Source: the human T2T-CHM13v2.0 reference genome, Homo sapiens
NCBI RefSeq assembly: GCF_009914755.1
Contig: NC_060931.1
DNA length: 64,000 bases
Strand: one strand, 5' to 3'
The position numbers were made by a program, and so were the translations under genes. Positions 1-36,276 of the stretch are shown in pieces. Every line of letters starts with the position of its first letter. Positions within the stretch are counted from its first letter, which is position 1. The notes beneath the pieces were generated by a model that searched no databases, had not been told where the DNA came from, and saw only the letters and a program-made list of their open reading frames with translations.

Positions 1-1670
1 AGCTGAACATCTTTTCATTTGTTAGTTGTGCTACTGAGAAGTGTCTTGGACACTGTCAGGGCCTGGATGAAATACCACTAACATTTCCTCTAATGCCAGT
101 TCCAAATCACTGGCTGGTTCCAGGAGGTGGCCCTGCAGGAATCCTCATCATTTTTCCTGCCCCACACCATGAGGTTCACTGGTCAAGGGTGGCTGATGGT
201 ATCTGGTCTGTCCGAACAGACTGAGTTCTACAAGCATAAATTAAATTGCAGCTTAATTCCCCAGAGAGGAGGCAAACATTCCCACTCCTGGTTCTTGGCT
301 GATGTCATCCCCGTGGCATCTTGGGCCCCTCTAGGGGCCCTGGAGACACAGATGAGGAAGGAGAGGGGTTTCCGCACAGCCAGCTCCCTGGCACAGCCCA
401 TCCCCAGCTCACATTCCACCTGCTCAGAGGCTCAGAGGGTACCCAAGCCAGTGTGACATCCCCTCACACCGCCTAAGCCCCCACCTTGGTCTCTCACCTG
501 TCAGCTGTCTTCCTAGCATTCTCCACAGTCTGTGGTCAGCACGTGCACATGGTTGTTCACCCTTTAATGCTTGTCTCTGGCCCCCTAGAAATCCTCACTG
601 CATCCCCAGATCAGTATCTGACACGCCATCCCTGGTTCTTGACTGACATCTCCGCCAGGAGCTTAGTGAATATTTATTAAATAAATTATGCTGAATGGGG
701 CATTGTGCAGAGTGCTTCACACACCTGGTCTCTCTTCCCCCCCTCAATCTTTGGTTGACACATTTTTAAACATTAAGAAAAATGGAAAGAATAAATGGTG
801 ATCACGTGAACGCCCTCCACCTTGATTCAACAGTTAGCATTTCACACATCGTTCTTGTCCTTCTCTCCACCTCTGTGCAAACATTCTCTCTGTTGTTATG
901 GAACCATCTGAGTGTGAGCTGCCGACCTCGTGAAGCCTCACCCTTCAATATTTCAGCGTGCATCTGCGAAGAGTACACGTGTTTTCCATAAGTACAACGC
1001 CATTCTCACACCAAAGAAATGAACAATAACGCCGAGCCAGGTGATATTTTGGAGACCAAATTTAAATTTTTCTAATTTTTTTTCCAACCAGGTTCCCATC
1101 AGGGTTCAAGCATGACATTTGGCTGTTGGGTCCATTTACTCTTCATAATAACTAAAATCCCTACTTCACAGGTGAGGAAACTGAGATTCAGAGAGGTTGA
1201 GGAGCTAGTGTAGGGGTGCACGGCTCCTAAGTGGGAAAGCCAGCATGTCATTGGGCAGCTCCGGCTCCCAAACACAACTTTTCTCCCCTTTTGCTGCTTT
1301 ATGCTCCCCTAGTCCTCCTGGTTCCCCGAATGTTTCATCCCCAGTCTCCCGCTGATTGAGTCCATGCAGGTCATGGGCTGGGGCAGAGGTATAGATGTTG
1401 CTCCCGTTACTAACAGACTAAGCCTCACTTTCCAGTTCCTTCAGCCACACCGCACCCCTGACCCCCATCCCCTGTAACTTTCTGAGACATCAGCCATCCA
1501 ATGGGAGTGACGAGGCAGCCTCATTTTAGTGGAGGATCCACCTGCAGCTGGGCGAGGCAGAGGAGAGAGAGCTAGGCAGCTCTAGGGGAGGAACAAAAGG
1601 TAGCTTTAGGTCAAGAGTGTGGGTAAGGCAGGGACTGAGAAAACATTCCACCTGAATACACACAAGCTTA

Positions 1671-2068
<398 letters not shown>

Positions 2069-2231
2069 TCAAAAACAAACAAACAAAAAAACAAAACAAA
2101 CACACAAAAAAACTGGATCATGAGATCAGGAGTTTGAGACCAGCCTGACCAACATGGTGAAACTCCGTCTCTACTAAAAATACAAAAATTGGCTGGGCGT
2201 GGTGGCAGGCGCCTATAATCTCAGCCACTCA

Positions 2232-2372
<141 letters not shown>

Positions 2373-3321
2373 TTAGAAGCTCCATCCCCAGAATCCTTTC
2401 CTGTCCAATGCAGCACTTGTGGGATTGTAATGGTGTGGATAGACAGCTGTGGCTCAGGGATATGGGGGGCAGACCTAGCTCTCCTCTGCATTAGTGTCCC
2501 CAGCGTTAGCTGACTTTGTCGAGTCTGGGGTTCAATACTTGGAAAGACCTAGATGGGAGCAGGTAGAAGGACCAGGAGACCTGGGGGAGCAATGGAGTAG
2601 GGCTGGGCTTGGATATGTGAGACCAGGAAAAGCACTTCCTTGCATCACAGGTGTGTAACAGACTTTTCCTGCCAGGCTGTGTGGGACTCCTGTCACCAGA
2701 GACTGAGGGTAGCAAAGGGAGGAGGCACAAGTGCCCAGGAGCACCTTGGTGAAGAGGTCCCAGATTCAAGGATAATAGTATCTTCTTCCCCTCTGAACTA
2801 AATCAGCCCATTATGAATGAGATTTGCTAGTCCAAGAGTCTTGAGGCCTAAGTATCCCCCAAATCAAACAGGCCTTGCAAAAATCTAATCAAAGGCCTAG
2901 AATACACCACCAGAAAGTCATGACTAAATGTAGAAAATTGTAGTCTAATCAAATATATTAACAGCTATTATGTGTTCATGTGTGTTTTAAGACAAAGGTG
3001 GTAATTATTTCTATAATCAGGAAAAAAAGCCATGAAGAAATCATTTTCAGGGAAAAGTGGGGAGGAGTGGAGAAAAGAGTAGAATATAAGGTCTCCCAAA
3101 TACAAGAATTTGGCAAGTTTCTCTAGCACTGCCCAAGATAGAGAGACACCAGATATTCTGATTCCCTGAGATGCAAGGGACTCATGCCTGCCCCATGCCA
3201 CCCACTGCCAGGCTCCTAACACTGAAACCCTAAACCAATATGGGAGGGAGAGCTGGCCTGGGAAGTATCAGGGGTCCTTCACCACTAATGTGCAGGTGGC
3301 TGGGAGTCTCTCCTCAGTTTC

Positions 3322-3980
3322 TGTCTTAGTCCATTTTCTGTTGCTATAGCAGAATACCTGCCAGGTATTCTGAGACTGAGTAATTCACAAAGAAAAGAAA
3401 AGGCCAGGTGCAATGGTTCATGCCTATAATCCCAGCAATTTGGGAGGCCAAGGCAGACAGATCACTTGAGGTCAGGAGTTCAGGACCAGCCTGGCCAATA
3501 TGGTGAAACCCCATCTCTACCAAAGATACAAAAATTAGCTGGTGTCGTGGCACATGTCTTGTAATCCCAGCTACTCAGGGGGCTGATGCAGGAGAATCAC
3601 TTGAACCCAGGAGGCAGAGGTTGCAGTGAGCCAAGATCACACCACTGCACTCAAGCCTGGGCAACAGAACGAGACTTGGTCTCAAAAAAATAAAAAATGA
3701 AAAAAAGGAAAAGAAAAGAAAGTGATTTCTTATAGTTCTAAAGACTGGGAAATCCAAGGGCATGGCAGCAGCTTCTGGTAAGGGCTTTCATGTTGCATCA
3801 TAACATGGCAGCAAAGGGGAAGGGCAAGTGAGTGCAATAATTTACCCATTTATGCTGTCAAGAGAGGCATTGATTTCACTTAATGATCTAGTCAACTCTT
3901 ACTAACCTCACCTCCCAACAGTGCCACATTGGGGACCAAATTTCCAACACATGAATTCTGGTGAATACACTCAACACACA
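3322..3980 (-). mobile_element. MaLR LTR (MST-like) split by an Alu
   Basis: tgtcttagtccattttctgttgctat... start and ...ttggggaccaaatttccaacacatgaa end match the MST LTR reverse strand. Confidence 0.75.
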
Positions 3981-4435
3981 GGAGCTTCCCTGTCTAACCC
4001 CTGAGCATAGGGCCAGTCTGCCCAGGCCCTGGACTCCATTTCCTGCCAGACTTTCCTTAGGTCAGTCTCACCTGAAGCTTGGCCCAGTTGTCTGTCCCAA
4101 CATGGTTCCTAGCCATTCCCTTCCCTTTTTCCCTCTCATTTAAAGCTGAATCCATTAGCCTGTTGTGAAAACCTGCCATTGAAAACCGTCTACTCCACCT
4201 TGCCTCTTAGACCGGATCCTGCCTGCTTGGTCTAGAGTTTACTATTCTCCCGCAGTCTTAGTGCTACTGCCTCACCATAGGTTCCCCTCATCTATTGTGA
4301 TTTCTCCAGTTCCTGTTCTGCCTAATCATGGCTCTTTCTTCCCTTCAGAAAACTCCCTGCAGGTAGAAGGAGAGGCCGTGCTGCAGTATCTCCCCCACCT
4401 TATATGAATGATCTTGTATTTGGATATACATGTGA

Positions 4436-4692
<257 letters not shown>

Positions 4693-4757
4693 TGAACTCC
4701 TGACCTCAAGTGATCTGCCCACCTTGGCCTCTCAAAGTGCTGAGATTACAGGTGTGA

Positions 4758-5089
<332 letters not shown>

Positions 5090-5321
5090 TAAGCAAGAGA
5101 TTTTTAAGGAAGTTTTAAAATTTATTTTTAAATTTTTGTCTAAGAGACAGGGTCTTGCTCTGTCACTTTGGCTAGAGTGCAGTGGTGTGATCATAGCTCA
5201 GTGGTGCAATCAAAATAAATGCAGCCTTCATCTCCTGGGCTGAAGAAATCCTTTTGCCTCAGCCTCCTGAGTAGCTGGGACTGCAGGGACATAGCACAGT
5301 GCCTGGCTAGTTTTTTTTTAA

Positions 5322-5738
<417 letters not shown>

Positions 5739-8222
5739 TGAACTCCTGACCTCAAGTGATCTGTCTGCCTCAGCCTCCCAAGGGCTGGGATAACAGGCGT
5801 GAGCCACCACACCTGGCTCCTGATCTCACTTTCTTTAAAGTCCAACCCCACCGAACCTCAGGAAACAGCTGTGGAGATGAACTATTTGTTGGTTGAATCC
5901 TATCAACTTCCTCTCCTATTTCTGCATTACTGTTGTCCCTTTGGTGGACAGGGCTCCTAAAAGTCAGTGATGAGTAGTAATGTGCTTCTCAACTCTCAGG
6001 TATGAGAAATGTCACCTTCCTTATTTCCCCAAGTTACACTGTATCCAGTTCCAGCCCTCATTTGTAAAAATACATGAGAACTTCACTATGTGTGCATTCT
6101 GTGACCCCCTCCTCCCAAGAGAGTAAACAAGGACCCCAGGGCTTATTAATGTCCTGAAAAAGGATGCTCACTCTTGGGCTGTGGGTCAGAATTTTGCTGC
6201 TTCTTCTTCCTGATGTAGATGTAGTCTCCGGGCACTGGTCTTTCACTGTTTAGGATGTAGATCCCCTTGCCCTTTATGTGGCATTGACAGCCATTGCACC
6301 TGCCCACACTCTCAGGGCCACCCCCTACAGGCATCCTTCACTCACACCCTCCCCAGTCTGGGGGCCTGCCACCTCCCCAGACCCTCTGGGAACACCTGTC
6401 CCATCAGCCTCCTCCATCCTTGGGCTATTCTTAGCTCTCAGCCCATGGAAGCTTCCTTGATTCCAAACGTCCTGTATTATTATTATTTTATGAGTCTAGG
6501 CTTTTAAAAACAAAACACTCAACTCTCCCCTGGGGCTAGGCACACTTCCATTTTCAGGATAAAAAGTCCAACTGCCCTCTTCAGAGGAGGAAGCAGAAAA
6601 TCTCTCTTTTTGTGGGGGGGGGGTAATGACTCAATAGGAAAGTGAAAGAGCTAATTTTAAACCAGACTCTCTCTACCCATCAGCGGGGTGTTTTTGTCAC
6701 TGCTGTCAGGAGCAGGGATGATGAGTTGCTCCACTCCAGGGATGTCATTCACATCTGCACTGGGTGAATGGCACCCGCTGGGGCTAAGCAGCCCACAGCC
6801 TGCTCTGCTGAATGCGCAGCCCTGGTGAACAGCCCCTCTCCTAGAGCCTGTGCCTGGGCCCCAGTGGGTTGCTAGACTGCAGAGGAAGATGTGGGGGTCT
6901 CCTCACAAGACCCTGACTACCCACTTTGGCCCGACTGTGTGGAGCTCGATGAGGACAAAGAGACTGAATTCATTTAAAACCCACCAGATTCTGGTTCCAC
7001 CTGGATCTAAGAGATTGGTCCTCCCAGGGAAGTCAGGCCACTGCAGGAAAGCTGGATGTCAGGGTAGATAGCAGGGCTGGAGGCAGCGAGCAGCCTGGGC
7101 TGCTCAGGATTAAAGGGGAGACGCAAAGCCTCAGCAGCGCCACAGCCCTCTGGGGGGTCAGTTTTGCCTGATGGTCTCTCGGGCCCTGGAGTTGGCTCTA
7201 TCAGGACTGAACTGGCCTGGCCACCTCTGCCTGTCCTCAGTCTGAGGTCCACTGCCCAGCCAGGCCCTGGTGCGTGTCAGTCCTGTCTTGCTTCTGTGAC
7301 CTGCCTTCACCTGTTCTCTCCATCTCCTCTGCCCACCTCAGGACAGGAGAGTATGCTTCCTGAGAGCTGTCGGATATTGGGAGGATTCTGAACACTCAAG
7401 GACTTGCCTGTGTGAAACAGAGGAGGGGTCTCACATGACCACCGTGCCTCTCCAGGGACACTCACACACCCCAAAAGGGAGCAGCCCTAGAATCCAGGGA
7501 TTCCCCACACCCTGCTCCCAAATCACAGTCACTCCATCCTGCAGGCCCCAAAACCAGCACACTTCAAGGCCAGATCCTCCTTTGGACCTTAATCCAAACC
7601 ACGTGTCCCTTTTCTCTAGGGGCTCAGGGTTACACTCCACCTCCCGCCACACATCCAGCCCTCAGTGCCCCTATTAACCCAAAACTGGCAATGGCAGGGG
7701 GAACAACCCAGCCAGGACTTGCTATCCATGGGCATTTTGTGCCAAGCTCTTCTGTACCTGTTGGGACCACCCTCAAGGGTGCAAATCAACTGTGGCCCGG
7801 AAAAAGCCTGAAATTCCCTCATTCCCCTGAAAGTGGGAGTTGTGAGGACAGACCCTCCTTGGCCCAGGTTAATAACTCTGGCAATAACCATGGCCTTTAA
7901 GGGAGATTGGGGGCACACAACGACACTACAACACATCAACACTAACATCCATGCATATGGCTTGGCTGGGGAGGAGGGTTTCATGACAGCACCACGCGGG
8001 GTTGAATCAGACATGTGCTTTTCAAGCAGCGAGAATATCCGGTCAGATATCTGCACAGTCCTTTGTGGTACAAGCATAACATGATCACCAGCCTGTCAAA
8101 TACGAGGAGTCAGGTGGCTGGAGGAAGATGGTCACAGCCCATAAAGAGGCTTTTCTCCCGAGTAAAAGCCGCATTCGTCAGTTAGAGAAGAATAAATGTC
8201 CGATGAGGAGCCTCTGGCTTCA

Positions 8223-8644
<422 letters not shown>

Positions 8645-9034
8645 CTACCACAGACCCAGTGAATATGATCCAGATTATGTTGCCATGAACATGTGGTCCA
8701 AAATGCCTGCTCAGGTTTTCAGGATGCAGAGTTTCGCTTTGCTGAATTCTAAGCAGATATAAATATGTTAAGGGTGAAGAGTAGAGGAGGATCAGGGTCA
8801 GATGAATGGGAGAATGAGAAAGAAAGTTGGACCAGTTTGGGTCCTAATCATAAACATCTTGAAGCCGGACGCAGTGGCTCTTGTCTGTAATCCCAGCACT
8901 TTGGGAGGCTGAGGTGGGCGGATCACTTGAGCTCAGGAGTTCGAGAACAGCCTGGGCAACATGATAGAACCCCACCTCTATTAAAAATACAAAAATTAGC
9001 CAGGCGTGGTGGCAGGCACCTGTAATCCCAGCTA

Positions 9035-9142
<108 letters not shown>

Positions 9143-10743
9143 TCAAAAAACAAACAAACAAACAAACAAACAAAAAAACATCATGAGGGCGTCAGACAAG
9201 TGGAAATTGTCAGCCATCACTTAGCTCTGGCTGAAGTGAACAAAACCCTTCCGTAGATGTGACCGTCTTTTTTTTTTTTTTTTTGAGACAGAGTCTCACT
9301 CTGTTGCCCAGGCTGGAGTGCAGTGGCTCGATCTCTGCTAACTACAATCCCCGCCTCCCAGGTTCAAATGGTTCTCATGCCTCAGCCTCCTGAGCAGCTG
9401 CGATTACAGGTGTGTGCTACTACACCAGGCTAATTTTTTTTTTTTTTTTTTTTTTTTAGAGACGGGTTTTGCGAAGTTGCCCAGGCTAGTCGCGAGCTCC
9501 TGAGCTCAAGTGATGCGCCCACCTCAGCCTCCCAAAGTACTGGGATTACAGGCATGAGTCACTGCCTCCGATATATAGAAGTGATCTTCTAAGGGACAAA
9601 TCTAACATCTCTAACGATCTTGGGACCAAGTCCATGGATCCACTGAGGTCCACCCTCCTCCCTAAGGGAATAGACACTCCTACTACTGAGTACCCATCAG
9701 AGACACCAGGCCCCCGAGGACAAAATCATTTGCCATTTTGTGATCACGGGGGCTCAGACTGCACTTTATAAATCCACATATATAACTCTGATGGGAATTT
9801 CAAGGCCCAGCTTGGGAGATCGACCATTGTCAAGTTTAAAGCTTTGCTTTCATTGCTAACAATTCTAGTTTCGTGATGAACCTTTTACACTTCAGGAAAA
9901 ATCGGTTTATTATTTCACTTGTGGGTAATGGGAGTTTCTAGGGAAGTAGTTCCAAATTGGTTTGTATATAGATTCCTTGGAAACTCCAGTAAAAGTTGGG
10001 AACCCTCTCCCTAGTAAATACCTATACATTTCAGTTTCAGGGGGTCACAACCTGAAGCCCACTCATGAACAACAACATAAGGAGCCCTGGTTCCAGGCGG
10101 GAGCTCCACCAGCTGGCTTATTGATTCCACTGCATTTTTGCCCAGGACGCTTTCACAGGCCATGGGAGGGCTGTTTTCCACCTGATTCTTCAGAGCCCCA
10201 AACTGAGATGATGGGTGACTTTTATCCAGATTTAATACCAGAGTTAAATACCCTGACTCAGCCAGCATGACAGCTAGTCTGATCATTGCACTTGAGAATG
10301 GCACACTGTGATATTCAGGCAGAAAACTTTCACATGTCTGCAGGCAAAACACATCAACTAAAACAGGCATTGAAGCTATTGTCAGTTTTGAGAGATCTTC
10401 ACAATGATGATGGAGAAAATGTATTTCAAAAGTTGAAGGGGTGACCTCGGCAAAGACTGTGACGACTCAGGTGCGCTGACCAGGCCCACCTGGCCTTCTG
10501 CAGACCCTCAGTTTCTCTGGCCACTAAGCTAACTCAGGGTCTGTTTTGGCCACCAAAACCTCCTTCCCCTTGGAAGTCTCTCCCCTGCCTGGATGCTTGC
10601 GGGTTTGCTGGGTGCAGAAGGTGCTTGCTTCTTGTGGCTGTGCCTGTGGGAAGGGTGGTGGGGGGCAAGGTAGTTCTGACTAGCTCGGAGGAGACTGTTC
10701 TGGGACCTAGGAGTTCTGCTCTCCCTGTCTTCAGGGTCTATAA

Positions 10744-11066
<323 letters not shown>

Positions 11067-11430
11067 TGATCTGCCCGCCTCGGCTTCCCAAAGTGCTGGG
11101 ATTACAGGCGTGAGCCACCGCACCCGGCCCCATCTCTGAACACTTTTCCCACCTGCCAACAAAAGATGGGGTTTCCTAAGCCCGCAGGACTTCCAGACAA
11201 GTCTTCTGCTCTGGAGCCGCTGGGGGCTCAGTCAACATGATCCAGTGTTTGCATCAGACCAGCCTTCCTCTGGGGAGTCGGCCCCAGGACTCGTGTTGCG
11301 GAAGAGCCAAGGGCACCCAATGATGCTCCCCACCAGGGCCCGGATGAGGTGCACTGTGGGGCCGCGGAGCTCTCCTGCGCAGACCAAAAGCCCAGAGCCG
11401 CAGCGGTGGAAGGCTTCGCGTCCGAACGTA

Positions 11431-11462
11431 GCAGTGCTTCCTTGTTGTCACTAGAGGGCGAC
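11431..11462 (+). promoter_or_regulatory. Candidate CTCF site with upstream (ZF9-11) motif
   Basis: Core TGTCACTAGAGGGCGAC preceded by GCAGTGC at the usual spacing, inside a CpG-rich unique patch. Confidence 0.65.
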
Positions 11463-11631
11463 CGCGCGTAACAGGAAAGCAAAGCGAAGGGGGACCTCGC
11501 TCGCACCCAGGCTTGCAGAGGCAGCGTGGGGACGCGGACTTTTTCCAAGGCGGGGGCCTTGAGGCCAGAAAGGCAACGCAAGGCTGGAGAGAGCAGGAGA
11601 CTCAGGAGGTGTGACTCCTAAGAGCAATTCC

Positions 11632-11924
<293 letters not shown>

Positions 11925-12325
11925 CTATTCCGGCGGGGGGCGTTGGCTCACGCCTGTAATCCCAGCACTTTGGGATGCCCAGGTGGGCCTCGGCAGCGCG
12001 CGAGCGGCGATCCAAGGGCAGAACCAGAGTGGCTCTGTGTGCTCACAGCTTGTAAATTAAATAATAACTGAAATTACATAACACAACAACAACAACAACA
12101 ACAATGTATGTTTGGGAGCTTGATGTGAATTCGCTCTGCCCTGCGAATGTGCCGGGCACAGGTTCCTGGGCGTCTGCTCAGGGTTCAAGGGTCGAGGCTC
12201 TCAGAGGCCATTGGTGTCACCTGTGGGTTAATAAACTGGGAAAGAATGAAGAATGGGATGGGGCTTCAGAAAGGCTGTAACCTGTTGTTTCCAAAGCCAA
12301 ACCAGGGAAAATAAAGATTTAAAGG

Positions 12326-12960
<635 letters not shown>

Positions 12961-13181
12961 AAGATTTAAAGGTTGCATTTTTGCCCTAATCAAAATGAAA
13001 ATACAGGGCCAGGCGCGGTGGCTCATGCCTGTAATCCCAGCCTTTGGAAGGCCGAGGCAGGTGGATCGCTTGAGGCCAGGAGTTCGAAACCAGCCTGGTC
13101 AACATGGTGAAATCCCATCTCTACTAAAAATACAAAAATTATTTGAACCTAGTGGCCCGCGCTTGTAATCCCAGCTACTCA

Positions 13182-13337
<156 letters not shown>

Positions 13338-13664
13338 TTAAAACTACAGGAAACAATGATTATTCATACAACTTTGGATACCTATTTAATTGGATCATAG
13401 AATGTGAGGAAAAGAAAAAAAGAACCCTGCTTTTATCCCCTAAAATGTGAATCAAGGTCTGGGCATATTTGAAAAGCAATCTGGAGATAGCTTTCTCTAG
13501 TCTTTACCTTACCTTCATTCGCAATCCATGTTCATGTGCATCATATAATGTCAGCCCTGAAATATCTCCATGAGGTCGATGGTGCCTCACTCTGTCCCAT
13601 GGGGGCTGAATTCAGGTCTCAGGTCTGGACGAGGGAAAACGCCTAATAATAATTACCAAAAGTC

Positions 13665-15970
<2,306 letters not shown>

Positions 15971-16037
15971 AATAGTTACCAAAAGTCCAATACGGTTGTG
16001 GGCAGGACACACAGCTGCTGCTTGGTCTCCCAGAGAG

Positions 16038-16470
<433 letters not shown>

Positions 16471-16473
16471 TCA

Positions 16474-16644
<171 letters not shown>

Positions 16645-17207
16645 CTACTGCACAGTAGGTAACCTTTCCATTTCCATTTCCAACAAACTTCCCAATTGTT
16701 TGACCATTTTTCAAGCCATTGTGCCAGTTCCTATCAGTTTCGGAGCAGCACGGAGAGTTCAGTAATGTGGGTGCAATAGTGAAACGGCGGTGAGATGTGG
16801 ACGCTGACTAGCTGGGAGGCCCACCTGCTAGCTCTGGGAGTGTCCTTCTACACCATTCCATACCATGGGCCTTTGGTCACTCCCAAAATGAGAACACTCA
16901 CTCACTAATACTCACCTGGTGTCTTACTGTGTCATATTGTATTAACGTTAGTTAAGAAGAAGTTTAGACAGCAAACATTTGCTGGCAAGTTTCAGAAGAA
17001 GAGAAATTGAACCCTGCCTTCTCCTCTAAAGGCAAAGGCCAGCCGCTGGTTGCGTGAGGACAGGTGGTGGCATCTGCACGACACCTGGGGGCGCTGTTCT
17101 TTCTACAGAGCAGCACCTACTACGATTCTGAGGGCTTCTCCATCAGCTGTGTGCTCACAGTGTGTGGTGTGTTCACTTCATGACTACTACTCCTGAGGCC
17201 GCCATCA

Positions 17208-17684
<477 letters not shown>

Positions 17685-17788
17685 TCACCATGAATAATTA
17701 ATCATGTGTATCATTTTCTGCCCCTCTGGTCTGCAGAGTGTTCACTCATAGGGTATTCTTTACCTCAAAATCAAATTCTACCATTTCA

Positions 17789-29321
<11,533 letters not shown>

Positions 29322-29960
29322 TGAAGTTACAATTCAGTTGACTTAAAAGAAGGAAAGTACATGTCATTATTTTTTCAACCTCTGAATCTGTGGGCCAGGA
29401 GTCACACCTATTCCATAACTCTAAGAAAAGGAGACGGAGTCAGTATCCTGAGACACAGGGGAAGGCAGGACAGAGACATTCAGAGATGGGGACATGCACT
29501 TTGTTAGAAAGTAGTAAATAAATAAAAAAAAAAACCCTGCCCTGAAGACCAAGGGAAGACTGGTGCTGGCCAGGCTGCATTTGAAATCTTCCCAGACCTC
29601 TACTTAAGCTCACTCTAAATCTGATCAAGTTTCCTGTTGGACCTCCTTGACAGCATGTGACATGGAGGTTCACATGCAGGGGTTCCCTGGGGAATTTTAG
29701 GTGTCCGTTATAAGAGTCTAGGAATCTGAAGGGGTTTGAAAGCGGAGGGTTTACTACTTGCTACACCCTCGTGGGACAAAACTGGGTTCTGAAAGGTAAG
29801 CAGTATGTCCCCTGCTTGCTCCTGGGAGTACAGCTGGTGCAGCCTTCGTCGCCTGAGCTCAAGGAAGGGCCGTCTTAGAAACTCTACAGTCGCTCAGGGA
29901 TAGAGGGCAGGTTTTTTTGTTTGTTTGTTTTTGTTTTTGTTTTGTTTTGTTTTGTTTTGA

Positions 29961-30158
<198 letters not shown>

Positions 30159-30651
30159 TGAACGCCTGATCCCAAGTGATCCACCTGCCTCAACCTCCCA
30201 AAAGTGTTGGGATTACAGGCGTGAGCCACCGCGCCCGGCCTAGGGCGGGGGGTCTTGATGGGTTTTATCCATTTTCATGAGCACCTCCTTCTTGAGGAAG
30301 TGGACCCTTTCACAGCCGTAAGGGTCATTGTCTTTTGGGTTCCCCCCAAAACATACCCTGACACAAGGATTTAAGTGCAAGTAATTTATTTCGGAAGTGA
30401 TCCCAGGAAGCATCAGGAGAGGAGCAGGGAAGCTGACAAGGGCGTGCGGGGACTCTGGGAGGCTTAGATCCTACCTCTGATAGGTCCTGAAGTATTGTGA
30501 TTGACTGTCGGAAGCCTTCTAAGGTCAGCGCCACTGCCGATGCGTTGGTATTACACCTTTGTTACTCCTTTTATCTTAACCGTTTATTTCAAGAGTTTCT
30601 TTGCTGATCTGCTCCCAGACTGGTTTGTACCTGGTACCAAAGTTAATTTTC

Positions 30652-32391
<1,740 letters not shown>

Positions 32392-33714
32392 CCAAAGTTA
32401 ATTTTCCTAAAGCATGGTGTGATCATGACCTTTCTCTGCTCAAACACCTTTGATGCTTCCTTGTGCCTACATGAAGTCTGAAGCTTTGGGCCTGGTGTTC
32501 CAATGGGGCACTGCCCTAGGAATGGGGGATAGAGCAGTGCCTCTGCCCTCACCCCACAGCTGGCCATCTGGTTGGGGATCAAACAATGACAGTAGGATGT
32601 GGCAAGTGCTATGGGAAGAGAGGTGGAGAGTGTTCCAAAGGCCCAAAGGACAGGTGCCACAGTCTGGGATCACAGGAGGCTTAGGAGGCAGGGATTGCTG
32701 GTCATGCACATATTCCATTCCCCCCTTCTTCCTAACAGAATCTCTGCATTATTGAGCGTGGCAATGGCTTTAGCTAATTGCCACTATACTCCACAAACTT
32801 ACTTGAGAAAGAAGTGTCCAGTGGAAGGTAAGTGGAAATCACTGGGGGTTCCAGAAAAACTCTTTAAAGGAGTCTGATTCAACAAGAGGCATGCCCTTTT
32901 CCCCTTGGTTCTTCCTCTTTCTGTAATCTGGTGTGCAGGTGTGATGGCTGGAACCACAGTGGCTATAGTGTGACCATGAGGGAATCCTGAAGATGTAGGC
33001 TATATACTAAGGATGATGGGAGCAGAATGAGAGGAAGAGCTAGGGTCCCTGATGATCTTGGAGCTCTCAATCCAGCCCTGGGCTGATCACCTCTAGACTT
33101 CTTTCAGGTAAAAAAAACACAAAAAACCAAAAAACAAAAAACAAAAACCTTCTTTCTAGTTAAACTCTTACTGGGGTTTTCTGTTGTAGTCTTGTTGAAC
33201 CTACTCTGAATGAATGCAGTATCCTAGAGACTGTGCAATCAGAAGCATTAGCAGAAATTTGGTAGGCAAACTAGGGTGCATGGGGGCTACAAGGAGGGGT
33301 TAGAAGGACCAAGGAGGAGATGTGTTCCAGGCAGAAGGAAGACAGTGTTCAAAGGCCCAGAGGAAAGAGTCAGAATAGTTAGGTGTGTCTAGGGCTGGCA
33401 GAGAAGGGGTGGGAGGAGAGGATGCCTTAGGTAGGAGCAGGACTTTGACCATGAGGGACCTTGAGGCCTTGTAAAAAGATGGCCTTAATCCACAGGTAAA
33501 GGGACCCCTGAAGGAGTGGTGAGTTTGCACTTTAGGTAGATGCTGCGGGTGTGGAGGGGGAGGGGCTGGATAGGAGGGAGCAAGAGTGGAGGATGGGAGA
33601 CCCCTTAGAAGGCTGCTGCTGTGGTCGGGCAAGAGAAGGCATTGGCTTGTACTTGGCCAGTGGCTAGAGGGATGGAGTGCAATGCGCAGACTAAGAGTTT
33701 AAAAGGGGCCGGGC

Positions 33715-34191
<477 letters not shown>

Positions 34192-34770
34192 TCACAAGAG
34201 TCAGTGGCCTATTGGATTTGGGGGAGGGAGCAGGAGGAGCTGGGGATGAGGAACTGAAGATGGAGACAGGAACCAGAGGTTGGGGCTGAGAATGGTGGAG
34301 GGGGAAGAGGATCAGGGCTGGAGGCGTGGGGCTTCAGGCGACGCGAGGTCAGCTGAGGCAAGGGGCCAGTGAAGGCTCCGGAGGGAGCCCTGGCCTGGGA
34401 GTCAGACACCCGCCAAGCACGCACCTGCCTGGCGCCGCCTTCGGAAATGTCCTTGACCTCAAAATTCCACTTCTCAGCCTCACCTGGGGGCATTGTCAGC
34501 TAATAATATGTGAAAGTCCCTGGCGCTTAGTAGGTGCTCAATAAATGTTAATTGAATCTGCAACGTCACTTCGCTTGCTCCTTTAGACTCTACTGTCTCT
34601 GTGCTCATCGTTCGGACGTTTCTCTCCTTTATCAAGAGTTTGGGGGTCAAGTCACAGCCCCTACCACCCTCTGCTGTGGCTCCAGGGCAGCCGGGAAGAA
34701 AGGCGCTCATCTTCCCTGAGCCTCCCTGCACTGTCCCCGCGAACTTTATTCCCATTTTCACAGATGGTGA

Positions 34771-35860
<1,090 letters not shown>

Positions 35861-36276
35861 TGGTGGGGCATGTGGGGAGGGCAGGGCAGGGCAGGGGTGG
35901 AGAATCCAGGAGAGGCTCTTCCTTGCAAGGTCAGGGGTCACACCTACTCCTCCATCAGACTGCCTCAGGGAGGGACCCCTGGCCTGCCTCCGGGGCAGTA
36001 ACCCAAGTAGAGAATTGATTTCAAGTTCATGAGCTCTTTAAGGAAACTTGTATTAGCTACCGCCGGCGGCGTGTGGTGTGGGAGATGCAGGAGTTGGTGA
36101 GAGGGTGGCTGGCCCTTTGGGTGCTTCTCAGGGTGCTCCTGGCACCCTGAATCCAAGGACAAGGAGGACCTGGGCAGCATTAACTAGGGAAGCCTGGAGC
36201 CTGGATCACCCATCCTTAGGGAGGCAGTGTCAGAAAAGGAGGGCTTCCCAGGAGTAGGTGACCTCTTAGCAGGCGT

